A stretch of DNA of 64,000 nt, taken from the IMG/VR virus record IMGVR_UViG_3300050343_000212, one strand, 5' to 3'. This DNA comes from a virus. The number at the start of each line of letters is the position of its first letter. The first letter of the stretch is position 1. The position numbers and the translations under genes were made by a program. Below the pieces are notes generated by a model that saw only the letters and a program-made list of their open reading frames with translations, did no database searches and was not told the DNA's origin. Shown in pieces: positions 28,401-37,735 of the stretch.

Positions 28401-30060
28401 CAATACCATAAACTGACTGAACATCAGATGTTTCAAATTTCTTAGAGTCAATAACTGTTCTTTGACCGAAATCTTCACCATTAAACTTCAATCTTTCACC
28501 AAGAGAAAAATTACCATTGATATTATAGGCTGTGAATCCAGTTCCAACTGATACGGGGTATCTGAGATAACCTGTAGCTCCACTAGACTCACCTTCAATG
28601 AAACAAGGGATAGTGAGTGTGACATTCTCATTGACTTCGAAGTCATTATATGTTTGAATGTCAAAAAGTGACAAATCCCACTGATTTAGTGATTTTTGAG
28701 AGATTTCATATGATCCACTTTCCAGAGCGAAGTCATAAACTCTAGCAACACCTATTTCCTTACCAGCTGAATCAGTTGTGGCAGATCCAACTCTATTACT
28801 CCTCAAACTCAGGAAATTAGTATTATTGAAACCTATAAATGGTGATCCAGTAACATTATTTACGGAAAATGACGGTCCAAACCCAAAATTAACCGACTGA
28901 TTTTTCAGATTCTTTGTTGTTCTTGCTTTTGGGACATCTAGGAAGGTTGGACCAACAATATCGATGGGATATCCTTTAACATAAGCCTTACCAGGACTAA
29001 TTTTATAGACCATAAGGTCTTCAGATGGTTTTTGGCCACTAGAAGTAGTTTGATTGGGATTATAGATTCCTCTATTACCAATTCCATTATTCAAACTCTC
29101 TTTAACAGTGGTTACAAACTGTTTTACATAATAATGACCAGATTCATCAAAAGTTCTCTTGGCTAATTCCTCTCCAAGCATATTGTAATCAGTTGAGGTA
29201 TTAATTTCTCTTAAAATACCATTATTAACCTCTGCCAATTGAACAAAATTCTGATCATTGTAATCAAATCTGTCTTTTTTACCCAAAACAGCTCTAATTT
29301 CTAGTCTATCAGCCCCAGGAGCGGTGTAATTAGTAAAATTCTTAGCGTTATCGTTTAGAGATGGGTCAATATCCGAAGAAATCAAATTTTCAGTAATGAC
29401 CAGACCAATTCTATATGATGGTTTGTTGGTATACTGATCTAAAATTAGGATTTGATCTTGAACATCAACAAAACACCCTCTTAGGAAGTAAACACCCTCA
29501 CCCAGAGCAAATGCAGAACCAACAGAGTTAGCATTTTCTGTTAAAGTTCTCGCAAGACCCTCTCCAGCAGCAATAAATGTGGTCTCAAAAGTTATATTAT
29601 CAGTTGTAATCAGATTTTCGTTGTCAAAGAAAGTTCTAGTTGAATTATCTGTACTACTTGAATCATGATAGTCAACATAAAGGGTAAAATTACCAGTATT
29701 TGACTCTTGGTCAGTGATATATGTGACAACTTCAGCAGTTACACCAGAATCTGCACCAGTAATCTTCTTACCAACAAGTTGATCAAGGTAAAGAGATACA
29801 GGAATACCTAAAAATTCAGATTCAATCTGAACTGCATAAAAATTAGGCAGATATGTCAACTGCCCAGGAATAACCTTAGCTCCTTCTTTGAAGAAATGAG
29901 TACCCATATCTTCAATTTGATTTTGAAGAATGGATTGTAGATTATTTAACTCTCTAGCCTGAATTGGGTATGCTGGCTTGAAGAGAACTTTGTAGTAGTT
30001 ACTCTGCGGATCAAAGTCGTCAAAATAAGGAGCAACGTTGAGGTTAGTTTCCTGTGGCAT
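22438..30060 (-). CDS. 2540-aa virion structural protein with a DUF4815-type N-terminus
   Basis: MPQETNLNVAPYFDDFDPQSNYYKVLFKPAYPIQARELNNLQSILQNQ; LNRFRSGIFVDNF; DPLAQSFIV; located between gp8 and gp13 as in cyanomyoviruses. Confidence 0.88.
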   Translation of the reverse strand: MPQETNLNVAPYFDDFDPQSNYYKVLFKPAYPIQARELNNLQSILQNQIEDMGTHFFKEGAKVIPGQLTYLPNFYAVQIESEFLGIPVSLYLDQLVGKKITGADSGVTAEVVTYITDQESNTGNFTLYVDYHDSSSTDNSTRTFFDNENLITTDNITFETTFIAAGEGLARTLTENANSVGSAFALGEGVYFLRGCFVDVQDQILILDQYTNKPSYRIGLVITENLISSDIDPSLNDNAKNFTNYTAPGADRLEIRAVLGKKDRFDYNDQNFVQLAEVNNGILREINTSTDYNMLGEELAKRTFDESGHYYVKQFVTTVKESLNNGIGNRGIYNPNQTTSSGQKPSEDLMVYKISPGKAYVKGYPIDIVGPTFLDVPKARTTKNLKNQSVNFGFGPSFSVNNVTGSPFIGFNNTNFLSLRSNRVGSATTDSAGKEIGVARVYDFALESGSYEISQKSLNQWDLSLFDIQTYNDFEVNENVTLTIPCFIEGESSGATGYLRYPVSVGTGFTAYNINGNFSLGERLKFNGEDFGQRTVIDSKKFETSDVQSVYGIVGSAGTFTADLIPQTAGVIGIASISTGHYDGSPLGIATISGPGGPFPGIVTTGNLIKYSNSGLNVQSFGRVTNVSTNSFEIVGVQTVTGFVDGRLPSEDLSVTDLEVIESRTQLHSKSSGNIADNNSLFSALPKKFISNVDLTDSTLIIRKQFDVVIADNSTGSINSDPGEVFLPYDEERYSLISDAGQIQILSSDRFTFAAGSNQITISGLDNDGPAKLICTLRKTNVTPKVKIKKVSSTVIIDKSSNSGSGIGATTLNDGLTYGSFPYGTRVQDRNICLNVPDVNMVYGIFQGEGSNDPVAPSMVLGSMDGPTNTTNDIIVGEEVIGSISGARGLYITRLTDTNIEFIFENQTPFEPGEVINFQDSGVSAVATKISMGSKNITSSFDSKSGQRKTIYDFSRIQRREGASIPTNKIKVYFMSAEYDSADTGDITICNSYNGFNYSTDIATFAGFRLTDLIDARPRVSPYTPTSSSRSPFEFFGRSFNGGQHSSRNILASDESTTIGFDYYLGRIDRVYLDKDGIFQVKQGSPSDNPVLPMGITGSMNISNLYIPAYTHSVQNVETAFIQHKRYQMTDISKLEQRIKNLEYYTSLNQLESTTMNQFIPDANGLNRFRSGIFVDNFRDIRNQDLSIGAKNSIDRSEGILRPSHYTTNKTLMVGNDTMSGIGTGTNSNEDSKFANILGENTKRTGQIITLDYSEESWLKQPFATRSESVTPFLVQFWNGTISFEPSVDVWIEVNELDVKDVLQEGSFRGVAEAMRAEVTTNSDGKRSGISPVIWKAWETTGVNVSVDLSQRASKSKPYTSERQGTRHEFGTVFGVGTRETHPDVPSSFKVTEEHVDTNVTTDLTVGVQLNQQRRGTQTSVTEQIDTESLGDRIVNREVIHFMRSRNIQFTSKSLKPFTQMYSFFDNVDVNKYVMPKLVEVTMTSGTFVVGEAIGGLMPSSLSEQSVDDTNTNFEGASPTASIAAIVARVADPTHKYGPYNRPSTKYDRNPYDRENRLPTSYTESTTILNIDISSLADETNPEYQGYIAKGMVLLGVNSGARATVTDVRLVSDRVGTLIGSFRVPGNEDSTSPRFETGNNRFRITSSSTNSRVEGLVSTSAEDNFYSQGDIDDTQEVTLSLRNARVEHNDNFVETRSTVEGSGSDTSTVTTGTSSRLTGEYKDPLAQSFIVDDETGIFVTSLDLYFQEKPTEFSEPVTVQIREVELGTPSQKIIPFSEVQKTPDEIEVSNDCSIVTKFTFESPVYLNGQREYAIIILSNSTEYRVWISRLGEVDVQTLGSETDQILVTTQRLLGSLFKSQNASTWTPSQYEDLTFELYRAEFQPNGNIQLFNPSLDDNDRIIPHNGVVSSSRTIKVGFGTTTTESDLKPGNLVTQRITGATGRFVGYGGSASQMNLSIVNSGIGYTPSSGTLKYTGVAMTSLSGDGINATADLTITNGVAVGASINSGGFGYQVGDILAPLTIGTGLGDGIKVSISTIHGNNELTLNDVQGEFGTTVGQILDYTNSAGVTTTFNYDANPSGMVPEAPIRVVTNGDHLRIDQRNHGMYSNTNVVSLKDISSNISHTTLTTEYKSDSTTSIAIANTSNFGIFEHLGIGITNPGYILMNDEIIKYTGMSGNELTGITRGIDDTNIIDHGVDEIVQKYEFHGVSLRRINKDHLMNAVTEPNAFDTDFYKVKIDMSQNGLDRTGSIYPKLYFDTSDSGGGNKAMGSYNIPFSQAIPKIETITPTGTSIDPSMRTISATSISGNEGPFVDQGFEKIALGQVNYFDTQRMMASPTNENLFLDDLPGNKSMSISLDLNSSDSRISPAVDVDQMSVTLISNRVNEPVSDYANDPRVDSVLTDPNKFMYVTKPVILANPGTSIQVYLDAFLTKDSDIRVFFAIDQEGPAKDVIFTPFPGSNNFASNGSVINFNSSNGAPDQPITKSDSLNQDPSISMYREYKFSIDNLPAFGSFRIKLIGTSTNQASPPMIRNFRTLGLA

Positions 30061-30069
30061 GATTTCTTA

Positions 30070-31629
30070 TTAGAATTGCAAGATGATCTTTACGTCTTCT
30101 TTCTGGGATGACGACCTTATAATAGAGGGTCTATTGTCAACAAAGATAGTATTTCCAGAATATTTTTCTACTTCTGGTTGTGCAACACCAGAAGTAAAAC
30201 TTTGACCCAGGTAATATGTCCTATTATTTATTACAGTACTTACACCCGTAAACACTGTATCAATTCCAAGATTGACTGACCCACCATTAATTGTAAGTGA
30301 TCCGCCAGCCAAAACACTAGCAGTGAATCTATATGCCTCGAATCCATAAATTGAATTCGAGTTTAAAGTTCCATCAGTATTGAATCCAGAGTTTGTTCTG
30401 TCTTGCCAAAGTTTGAGAACACCAGTGGTTTGATCGTAAGAAACGACTCTACCAACAGCTGTATGACCCATACCAACGGTTTGAGTAACATAATCATCTG
30501 GTGTAAATGTTGCTGAACTGTATCCAATTCCACTCAATCTTAAAGCATAGGCCGCACTTGCTTTATCAAGATTCAAATTTGTTGAAGAATTGAAAGCCAA
30601 TGGGTTTTCAATCATCCCAACTCTTGCAAACTGGTTACCAGTGATAAAATCTGGATTTTCAGTATCATTTTCAAATCTAGCATATGAAAGAACGTTATAT
30701 GCTCCAAGTTCTCTATAAACATCATAACCATGACCACCATTTGGTGGGATAATGACATTAAATATTGGTTTTGTTGACCCAGATGGAACTCCACCAGATT
30801 TAAGATTAACAGTTCCGAAGGTATATCCTTCTCCACCACTTGATACGGTTACAGATTCAACTTTTGAGTCGTTATTGATGACAACTGTAGCTTCTCCACC
30901 TACACCATCACCATCAATAGGTACCCTTGTATAAGTAACATTAGCAGTACCAAGACCAATACCACGATCTCTAACAGTTACAATCTTTAATTGACCACTT
31001 GTAGAAGCGTTTTGTCTTATTACAGCATCATCAGAACTAGGGTCATACCAGTTTGATGGAACTGGAATATAGTCAGTGGAGTCAAATTTGATCGCTTGAC
31101 TTGGTTTTACCGTATAAAGGTACTTCCAGATGTAACCATCACCACTTGAACCAGCTGATCTTGGTTCCAAATCAGTAAATCCAGGTTCATCAATAGACGG
31201 ACCACCTTGGAAGTTATTTTCAACACTTGCATTATTATAAAGACATACATAAACTCTATAGTCAGAGTTCATTACATAGTAGTTTGCCGAATATATATCA
31301 AAAGCACCTGATGGTAGGGATGGGTTGTCCCTACTGATGTCATTTCTCCACATGTCATAGGTCACACCAGATGCCCAGACATTTTTCCTAACAACTTGAC
31401 TAACATCAGAAGCATTAATCTTCTTCAGAGCTAACATTGTATCCCAATAGTCATTAGAGTCATTAAGACTATCTTTGGGAGATGGCGAATTAGTATCCCA
31501 ATTAGACTGATATTCCGTAGCATTAGGTAAACCAATAAAAGCATAATAAGAATTTGTGGAAGATTGAACGCCCGACACAAAGTTCTTTGCATTCAAAATA
31601 CGAAGTTGATCAGTTATAATCGCAGCCAT
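30070..31629 (-). CDS. gp8: Baseplate wedge protein gp8
   Basis: MAAIITDQLRILNAKNFV, SQVVRKNVWASG..YDMW, YRVYVCLYN, SGDGYIWKYLYTV, QKEDVKIILQF. Confidence 0.92.
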   Translation of the reverse strand: MAAIITDQLRILNAKNFVSGVQSSTNSYYAFIGLPNATEYQSNWDTNSPSPKDSLNDSNDYWDTMLALKKINASDVSQVVRKNVWASGVTYDMWRNDISRDNPSLPSGAFDIYSANYYVMNSDYRVYVCLYNNASVENNFQGGPSIDEPGFTDLEPRSAGSSGDGYIWKYLYTVKPSQAIKFDSTDYIPVPSNWYDPSSDDAVIRQNASTSGQLKIVTVRDRGIGLGTANVTYTRVPIDGDGVGGEATVVINNDSKVESVTVSSGGEGYTFGTVNLKSGGVPSGSTKPIFNVIIPPNGGHGYDVYRELGAYNVLSYARFENDTENPDFITGNQFARVGMIENPLAFNSSTNLNLDKASAAYALRLSGIGYSSATFTPDDYVTQTVGMGHTAVGRVVSYDQTTGVLKLWQDRTNSGFNTDGTLNSNSIYGFEAYRFTASVLAGGSLTINGGSVNLGIDTVFTGVSTVINNRTYYLGQSFTSGVAQPEVEKYSGNTIFVDNRPSIIRSSSQKEDVKIILQF

Positions 31630-31648
31630 TTTATTAGGACTTTTTTCT

Positions 31649-31656
31649 TATTTATA
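31649..31656 (-). promoter_or_regulatory. Late promoter TATAAATA for gp8
   Basis: Perfect consensus 20 nt upstream of the gp8 ATG. Confidence 0.78.
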
Positions 31657-31665
31657 TGTGAAAAT

Positions 31666-33669
31666 TTACTTTGTATATGATCTATTTGTTCTAGGGTATT
31701 TTACCCCAGAAACATCAGGATTTCTATTACCAAATGTAGTTTGTTGGAGAGAACCACTTTCTAGTCTTTTCCTTTTTATAAAAAGGTATCTATTGTGGCT
31801 GGTTGAACCAAAAGTCTCCTTATCATCATTTTCAGATCCACTAGAACTCCCAACTTCAGGTAATGAATTTTCTTTTAAATATTGAAGAACTTCAGGAGTA
31901 GTGATATTAGGTTGATTTTGAGCAATACATGCTATGACACCACAAACTTGTGGACTTGACATACTGGTTCCACTAATTGAAGCAAGGTAGTAATTAGAAT
32001 CCCTTGAGTCAGCAACTACAGGACTATAACCTCCTTCACTAGTAGCACTGGATTGATCATAAACAGCAGAAATGATATCACTACCAGGACCCCAGATATC
32101 TACTCTTGATCCCCAATTGCTAAAGTTGGATTTATATTCAGCAACTTTTGAACCAATTGATCCAACACAGATAACACCATCAGCAGATCCTGGTGATGAA
32201 CCTCGTGAATGGTATGTTGTAGTGCTACCGTTAAGATAAGTATTGTTATAATCAGCATCACCTGAAACAGAACAATTCCAATAACTATTTCCAGCAGATG
32301 AAATGACAATTACACCGTCATCAATAGCATCTTGAATATCAGCATCTACTGCTGTCACTCTCAATGGAACCCTATACAAGTAACTACTAGCTGGAACAGG
32401 AATACCATTACTTTCTAATATTGCTTTTTTCTCAGAAGTAGTTCCACTAACAGAAGTAGTTGTCCCCCTATAAGTTACTGATGTAATATTCGAAAGGTAA
32501 GCACTATAAGTTCCTCGACTATAACCCCAACTATGATTAGTGATTGTGGGATTTCTTCTGCCAGTTTCTGGGTTAATTGGTTTATTTTTATGAAAATGTC
32601 TCAAATAATCCCACAACTTTTCAGCCCAATCACTTGTTCCTGATAACGTGGAAGAGAAAGCCATATTGTAAATATTAGCATCTCTTGCCCATCCTTGTGT
32701 ATTGCCAGCAACAGTTCCTGCTACATGAGATCCATGATTAGTATTTGGTGAAGATCCACTAGAACTGTAAGAATAAGTACCGTTAGATCCATATCCTAAT
32801 ACTGAATTGTATTGATACCAATTGAACTGGTTAACTCTACTTCCACCAGTTCCATCAGGGTTAACAGCGAATTCTACATGATTTGGGTTGACGTGTCCAT
32901 CGACAATTACAACATCTACATTTTTTCCCGATACATCTGTTACTATAGATTTATTTGTTATTCCAGATGTTGAATCACTACCCCAATTGCTTGTCTGAGC
33001 ATTTACAGTAATTGTTCCGATCATACCAGAGTGAGCTCCACACTGATAATAATAGGTACCAGCAACATTGGGTGTCCAAGAAACGGTGCCACTTTGGGTT
33101 CCTTGATTTGTTGCTGCAGGATTGTTTACATTTGATCCCCCATTTGATACACGTATATAAAATGGATGACCACTTGCATTAACCACAAAATTAATAGTGT
33201 CACCAACACTGAGAGTAACAGATACATTATCACCACTTACAGATCCATTTCTATCAGAACCACTTAAAGTATAAGCAGATGCTCCAGAGTTTGATACGTT
33301 AATACCATATGTCAATACAGAAGGGTATGATGTGTCACCTTTAATTACTCTATAAAGTCCCCAATTTTTATCATCACCAGCAAATGTTGATGTTGTTTTG
33401 TTAAAATCTCCAGTCTGTTCCCATAGATATTCAGGTACAATTCCTCTATCCTCTGCTGGACGTTCACAAGCAAGCACTCTAGGGTCTTTCCTAACCTCTA
33501 CTGCTTCCTCTTCAGACAATGTGTAGTGGGTGTTACGACTTATCTCCCTTCTACTGACAAGATCAACTGCCCTGTCAGGAATATAAAGGGATCCTCCAGG
33601 AGTTTCTAGATCATCATATAAACTAACCAGGTCTTCTCTGTTTTTACAAGTTACTATGTATTCGTTCAT
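31666..33669 (-). CDS. Subtilisin-like (S8) serine protease with an inserted cupredoxin-like domain
   Basis: Catalytic residues D257 (VDVVIVDG), H312 (NHGSHVAGTVAG) and S569 (SGTSM), oxyanion N461 (SAGN). N-terminal propeptide-like segment, no signal peptide. Insert at aa 114-226. Confidence 0.9.
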   Translation of the reverse strand: MNEYIVTCKNREDLVSLYDDLETPGGSLYIPDRAVDLVSRREISRNTHYTLSEEEAVEVRKDPRVLACERPAEDRGIVPEYLWEQTGDFNKTTSTFAGDDKNWGLYRVIKGDTSYPSVLTYGINVSNSGASAYTLSGSDRNGSVSGDNVSVTLSVGDTINFVVNASGHPFYIRVSNGGSNVNNPAATNQGTQSGTVSWTPNVAGTYYYQCGAHSGMIGTITVNAQTSNWGSDSTSGITNKSIVTDVSGKNVDVVIVDGHVNPNHVEFAVNPDGTGGSRVNQFNWYQYNSVLGYGSNGTYSYSSSGSSPNTNHGSHVAGTVAGNTQGWARDANIYNMAFSSTLSGTSDWAEKLWDYLRHFHKNKPINPETGRRNPTITNHSWGYSRGTYSAYLSNITSVTYRGTTTSVSGTTSEKKAILESNGIPVPASSYLYRVPLRVTAVDADIQDAIDDGVIVISSAGNSYWNCSVSGDADYNNTYLNGSTTTYHSRGSSPGSADGVICVGSIGSKVAEYKSNFSNWGSRVDIWGPGSDIISAVYDQSSATSEGGYSPVVADSRDSNYYLASISGTSMSSPQVCGVIACIAQNQPNITTPEVLQYLKENSLPEVGSSSGSENDDKETFGSTSHNRYLFIKRKRLESGSLQQTTFGNRNPDVSGVKYPRTNRSYTK

Positions 33670-35042
33670 TAGTCTTCCAACTTAACTACAGTTAAATCAA
33701 CAGTAATTGCTGATGATGAGGTTTCATTATTTGTTACTGATAAGTAAATTGTACTTCCAGGGGTGCTATCGTTATTCCACCCAACAATACCAGGAGTCAT
33801 TATAAAATTATTTGATCCACTAGATACTGAACGAGCTTCAGCAATTAAACCTGACCCTGGAAGTGGATCTTCTAGGTAAGATCTGTTAGCATCTGAAGTT
33901 CTGGATGTATCGTCAACATATAACCTCACCCAAGAAGCAGCACTGGTGCCAATTTTAAGAAGTCCATAGGATTTAAATCCAGTTATATTTAAATTAGTCG
34001 TTGCCCCAACTGATACAGATCCTGTAGTTGCTGTTACTACAGATCTTGAACTAAGTCCACCACCACCACCAACACCAGTAAGATTAGATCCATCACCATA
34101 ATAGACCGCAGCAGATCCAGTGCTTGAACCAAATGATTGACCAGAACCAACTGTAATATTACTACTTACATTTAAATTACCATTAATGTCTACACCATTT
34201 GAAGTAGTTGTAAGTCGTGTAACTTCTGCAGCCTGACCAGTAGCATAGTATAACGAGAGTCCACCTGTAGTTACAGTACTAGTGTTTGTTTTTAATAAAA
34301 TAGATCCTTGATAACTCGTGATTCTGACATCACCAGCAGCGCGCTGAACAATTGAACCACCAGTAAATGTATTCTGGAATGTTACATCTTGTGATCCACT
34401 AGGCGAAATACTAAAGGATCTACCTTCGAGTGTTATTGAATCGCTTTTCGACTCTCCTGTGATTTTTACACCACTAGTAGTGGTTTCAAGTTTTTCTGAT
34501 CCTTGACCATATAGTGTAGTATATTGAGAAGCACCTGTACCACCAGCAAGAATTGCAGAAGTAATACCAAGATTTACTGAAAATGCACTTCCATTCGTTC
34601 GTAAATCAAGACTATTTGAAGATCTGATTGTATTACCTACACCAGCAGCACCAGTTTCAACCTGAAGAGTCGCTGGAGTATTTGAACTTGGATTGATGAA
34701 AAAAGCGTTTTGGAAAGTAGAAATACCAGACACATTCAGTCCACCACCAAAAGTAAGATTAGTATTAGTGGTAGCACCTCTACCAGTTACAGATGAGAGA
34801 GTGTCTGATTCTGATGTTAGATAACTAGAAAGATCTGGTGGTGTATAAGAGAAGGCACCGCTTGAGTTGTCATAAGAAAGTGCTGCAGTCCCTACAGCAC
34901 TTTGTGTTACAGATAGATTTGTAAGTCCGATACCAGAACTAGGAGGAAGAGATGCCCATGAAGATCCATTCCACTCCCAAGTAATGTTTGATGCAGTGTA
35001 TTGTTGTCCAACTGTAGGATTGGATGGAAATGAAATAGCCAT
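33669..35042 (-). CDS. Fibre-like virion protein B, 457 aa
   Basis: N-terminal MAISFPSNPTVGQQY..TWEWNGSSW fibre module; S/T/G-rich beta segments; C-terminal domain shared with 37736..39847. Confidence 0.8.
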   Translation of the reverse strand: MAISFPSNPTVGQQYTASNITWEWNGSSWASLPPSSGIGLTNLSVTQSAVGTAALSYDNSSGAFSYTPPDLSSYLTSESDTLSSVTGRGATTNTNLTFGGGLNVSGISTFQNAFFINPSSNTPATLQVETGAAGVGNTIRSSNSLDLRTNGSAFSVNLGITSAILAGGTGASQYTTLYGQGSEKLETTTSGVKITGESKSDSITLEGRSFSISPSGSQDVTFQNTFTGGSIVQRAAGDVRITSYQGSILLKTNTSTVTTGGLSLYYATGQAAEVTRLTTTSNGVDINGNLNVSSNITVGSGQSFGSSTGSAAVYYGDGSNLTGVGGGGGLSSRSVVTATTGSVSVGATTNLNITGFKSYGLLKIGTSAASWVRLYVDDTSRTSDANRSYLEDPLPGSGLIAEARSVSSGSNNFIMTPGIVGWNNDSTPGSTIYLSVTNNETSSSAITVDLTVVKLED

Positions 35043-35065
35043 ATTGATAGTCTAACCCTTATAGA

Positions 35066-35332
35066 TTATTTATTATAGTAACCGCGTGGATATTGTAACC
35101 CTTTATGTGGTCTTCTACCTAGTAAGAAACCACGTTTAGTGGAATGATCTCCGGTAGCACCATTAGATAAATGACTAATTAAATAATTTGATGGGTTTGT
35201 TACTGTACTTTGAGATCTGGAAGTTCCTGAATATGTTGGTGATATAAAACCAGTATTTGTATTTGCAATTAATTCTGTAGTTAAAGATACAGATACCGAA
35301 CTAGTTAGATTTGAAAAAGTAAAATTTGCCAT
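35066..35332 (-). CDS. Small 88-aa protein ending in GRRPHKGLQYPRGYYNK
   Basis: Start overlaps the stop of the upstream gene; S/T-rich; C-terminal motif recurrent in cyanophages. Confidence 0.75.
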   Translation of the reverse strand: MANFTFSNLTSSVSVSLTTELIANTNTGFISPTYSGTSRSQSTVTNPSNYLISHLSNGATGDHSTKRGFLLGRRPHKGLQYPRGYYNK

Positions 35333-37731
35333 CAGGTAGTCCTCGCTAGGAATAGCATACCTTCACTAGAATTATTAGACACTCCATCTAAACCAGTTTG
35401 TTGTGATTGATATGATGCTTGGATAATCTCATAAATTTCAGATCCACTTATTGTAACTGTATCACCTGGTCTAAATTCTGTTAGTCCTGGAGTTGTTGCT
35501 ACTTGTAGTAATACGAAATCATCTGGTATATAATAAGGGCAAGGAATCATTTTATTTGAAATTGGAATAGTTTTGATAGGCTTGTAGTAATCTGCAGAAG
35601 AACTAACTGGCATATCGTGATACTTATCATATGTACTATTTCTATAATACACAACAACCTCATTTTGATCCGCGTCTTTGATATTATTTTTGTAATCATC
35701 ATATGATCGATGAGGAGAATCCTTGCCGTATTGATACCCTCTCAAATATCCATAATAAGCAGTTCTTGCCTGGGTATACCTGTCTACAGGTTCACCCACT
35801 GGATTAAAATACTGAGAATAACCACTGGCATATCCAGGCATGTATGTTTCTATTCTCAATCCTTGCGTAATATTAGTTTTATATTCAGTAATTCCTGCTA
35901 AAAATACATCATCTAAATCAAATACACCATTACCATATCCATCACCTAGATGAAAATTAAATGCCGCAAAAGGTTCAATTTTTTCATTGATTGTTTGAGT
36001 AAATTGAATAACTGCAAAATTTGGATCTTGAGGTGCTTGAGCTCTAAATGTTCTAATCTGCATTGGATATGCAGTTGGAGTTGAAGATGTACTTAAAACG
36101 TAACTATAATTAGTCGAAACTAGACCATTAAGATCCTGTCTATCTAATCCCATATAACCAGTAAATTCTCCCCATTCGATGTTGTTTGTTTCGATGGTTG
36201 AAGATGTTCCTCTGTGGTTTAAAAACTCCCATCCGTTACCACATTGAACTTTTAACTCCCATTGGGTGCTGGCAGTACCCTCTAGGTATAACGAGTAAAA
36301 TGTATTTGAATATTTTTTAGTGGAGTTGTTTTCTACATTGAGAACAGCAAAAGAACCTGTATCAGCTTTTTGATAGAGATTAGATCCACCACCCAATGTA
36401 GTTACCTTAATACCAGCAGTACCATCATATGCATTGGTAGATGTTTCTGGTGTTGGGACACCAAATCTAATATCACCAGTCGTGGCAGTACCACCAACTA
36501 GTTCTCCTGGAATTGTAAATACATCATTATCAGACCATCCAGTTCCAATACTATGGATGGTGATATTTCTTAAATGACCACTACTATATCCATATCTTTC
36601 AACTCTCAACTTAAGTTCTGATCTTCCACCAGAAGCAGGTACAGTATATTTCCAGTATGGATAATTGTTTATTTGAGATGCATAACTTTGTGTTACATTA
36701 CCGGGAATAAGATTGATTACCCCTTTTGCATTTGCATTAGTTTCACTACAATAAATATATTTTACTGTACCATCTCCTCCAGGAATATCTGTAAGCGATG
36801 GATTGGTTATTGATGTAGGATAAAGAGGTTCTGATTCTGATTGTGGATATGATTGAGTGTCCCATGTTAAATTAGTACCAGGAGCACAACTAATATTAGT
36901 AGTATTAGATCTGTAAGATATGGTATTGGTGGTAGATGTGTCTCTAGCTCCCTTAAGATGGGACTTGGGAGTAAATCCATATGTAGAATCATTATAAACA
37001 ATTCTTTGATTAGTATTAAATGAATCTACATCTCGACACAGAGTAAAATTGGTTGCATTTCCTGCATCATTTTGAAATTCAATGTGATCACCTGTGTAAA
37101 GATTAATGTTAGCATTGACGTAATCAGTGCCTTGATCTTCTTGAGTGAAGCATTCAAATGTACCAGTGTATGTTGTATAACCATCAATATCAATCTTGAC
37201 TCCATTGTTAGCATTTGATAATGTTGTGGCTAAACTAAATCTATCTTTGTTTACTTTAATAATATAATATATCGTATTTTTAGTAATAGTCGTACCTAGA
37301 TCATATGATGCATCTGTTTGTCCTTTTGCATAACGTACAGCATCGCCCGTTGAAAATCCATGACGATCCGATCTGATCTCATCATTGGTTGTATCAACAA
37401 AAGTAGTGTTGTATAGATACTCTTCAACGTAGTGTTGAACGCGATAATTATTACCAGAAGCATCCGTTACACGATATTTTTGTATTTTATATGCACCCCA
37501 GTTAATCACTCCGGTATCGCCACCATTAGCCTGTTTAAGAGAACTTAATGACCCACCTATCTGGGTGGTGCCGCCCTGTGGAGACATAACAACTTGAGGA
37601 ACTCCAGTTACAGATGATCCTGCATTCATTCCTAAATTACTCAATGCAGTTTCAAAGGCATCCATTAAATTTTGTTTTGTCCATCCAGAATTGCCATTGT
37701 TTACATCAATAACTGATTTTAAAACTGACAT
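35332..37731 (-). CDS. 799-aa probable virion protein (receptor-binding candidate)
   Basis: MSVLKSVIDVNNGNSGWTK... start typical of cyanophage structural proteins; FVDTTNDEIRSDRHGFSTGDAVRY module also present in the gp7-like protein. Confidence 0.75.
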   Translation of the reverse strand: MSVLKSVIDVNNGNSGWTKQNLMDAFETALSNLGMNAGSSVTGVPQVVMSPQGGTTQIGGSLSSLKQANGGDTGVINWGAYKIQKYRVTDASGNNYRVQHYVEEYLYNTTFVDTTNDEIRSDRHGFSTGDAVRYAKGQTDASYDLGTTITKNTIYYIIKVNKDRFSLATTLSNANNGVKIDIDGYTTYTGTFECFTQEDQGTDYVNANINLYTGDHIEFQNDAGNATNFTLCRDVDSFNTNQRIVYNDSTYGFTPKSHLKGARDTSTTNTISYRSNTTNISCAPGTNLTWDTQSYPQSESEPLYPTSITNPSLTDIPGGDGTVKYIYCSETNANAKGVINLIPGNVTQSYASQINNYPYWKYTVPASGGRSELKLRVERYGYSSGHLRNITIHSIGTGWSDNDVFTIPGELVGGTATTGDIRFGVPTPETSTNAYDGTAGIKVTTLGGGSNLYQKADTGSFAVLNVENNSTKKYSNTFYSLYLEGTASTQWELKVQCGNGWEFLNHRGTSSTIETNNIEWGEFTGYMGLDRQDLNGLVSTNYSYVLSTSSTPTAYPMQIRTFRAQAPQDPNFAVIQFTQTINEKIEPFAAFNFHLGDGYGNGVFDLDDVFLAGITEYKTNITQGLRIETYMPGYASGYSQYFNPVGEPVDRYTQARTAYYGYLRGYQYGKDSPHRSYDDYKNNIKDADQNEVVVYYRNSTYDKYHDMPVSSSADYYKPIKTIPISNKMIPCPYYIPDDFVLLQVATTPGLTEFRPGDTVTISGSEIYEIIQASYQSQQTGLDGVSNNSSEGMLFLARTT

Positions 37732-37735
37732 TTAA

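Noticed and set aside
32992-33330. Calling the cupredoxin-like segment plastocyanin (petE)
   Set aside because: It is an internal domain of a protease with no export signal, and its ligand loop is shorter than that of plastocyanin.
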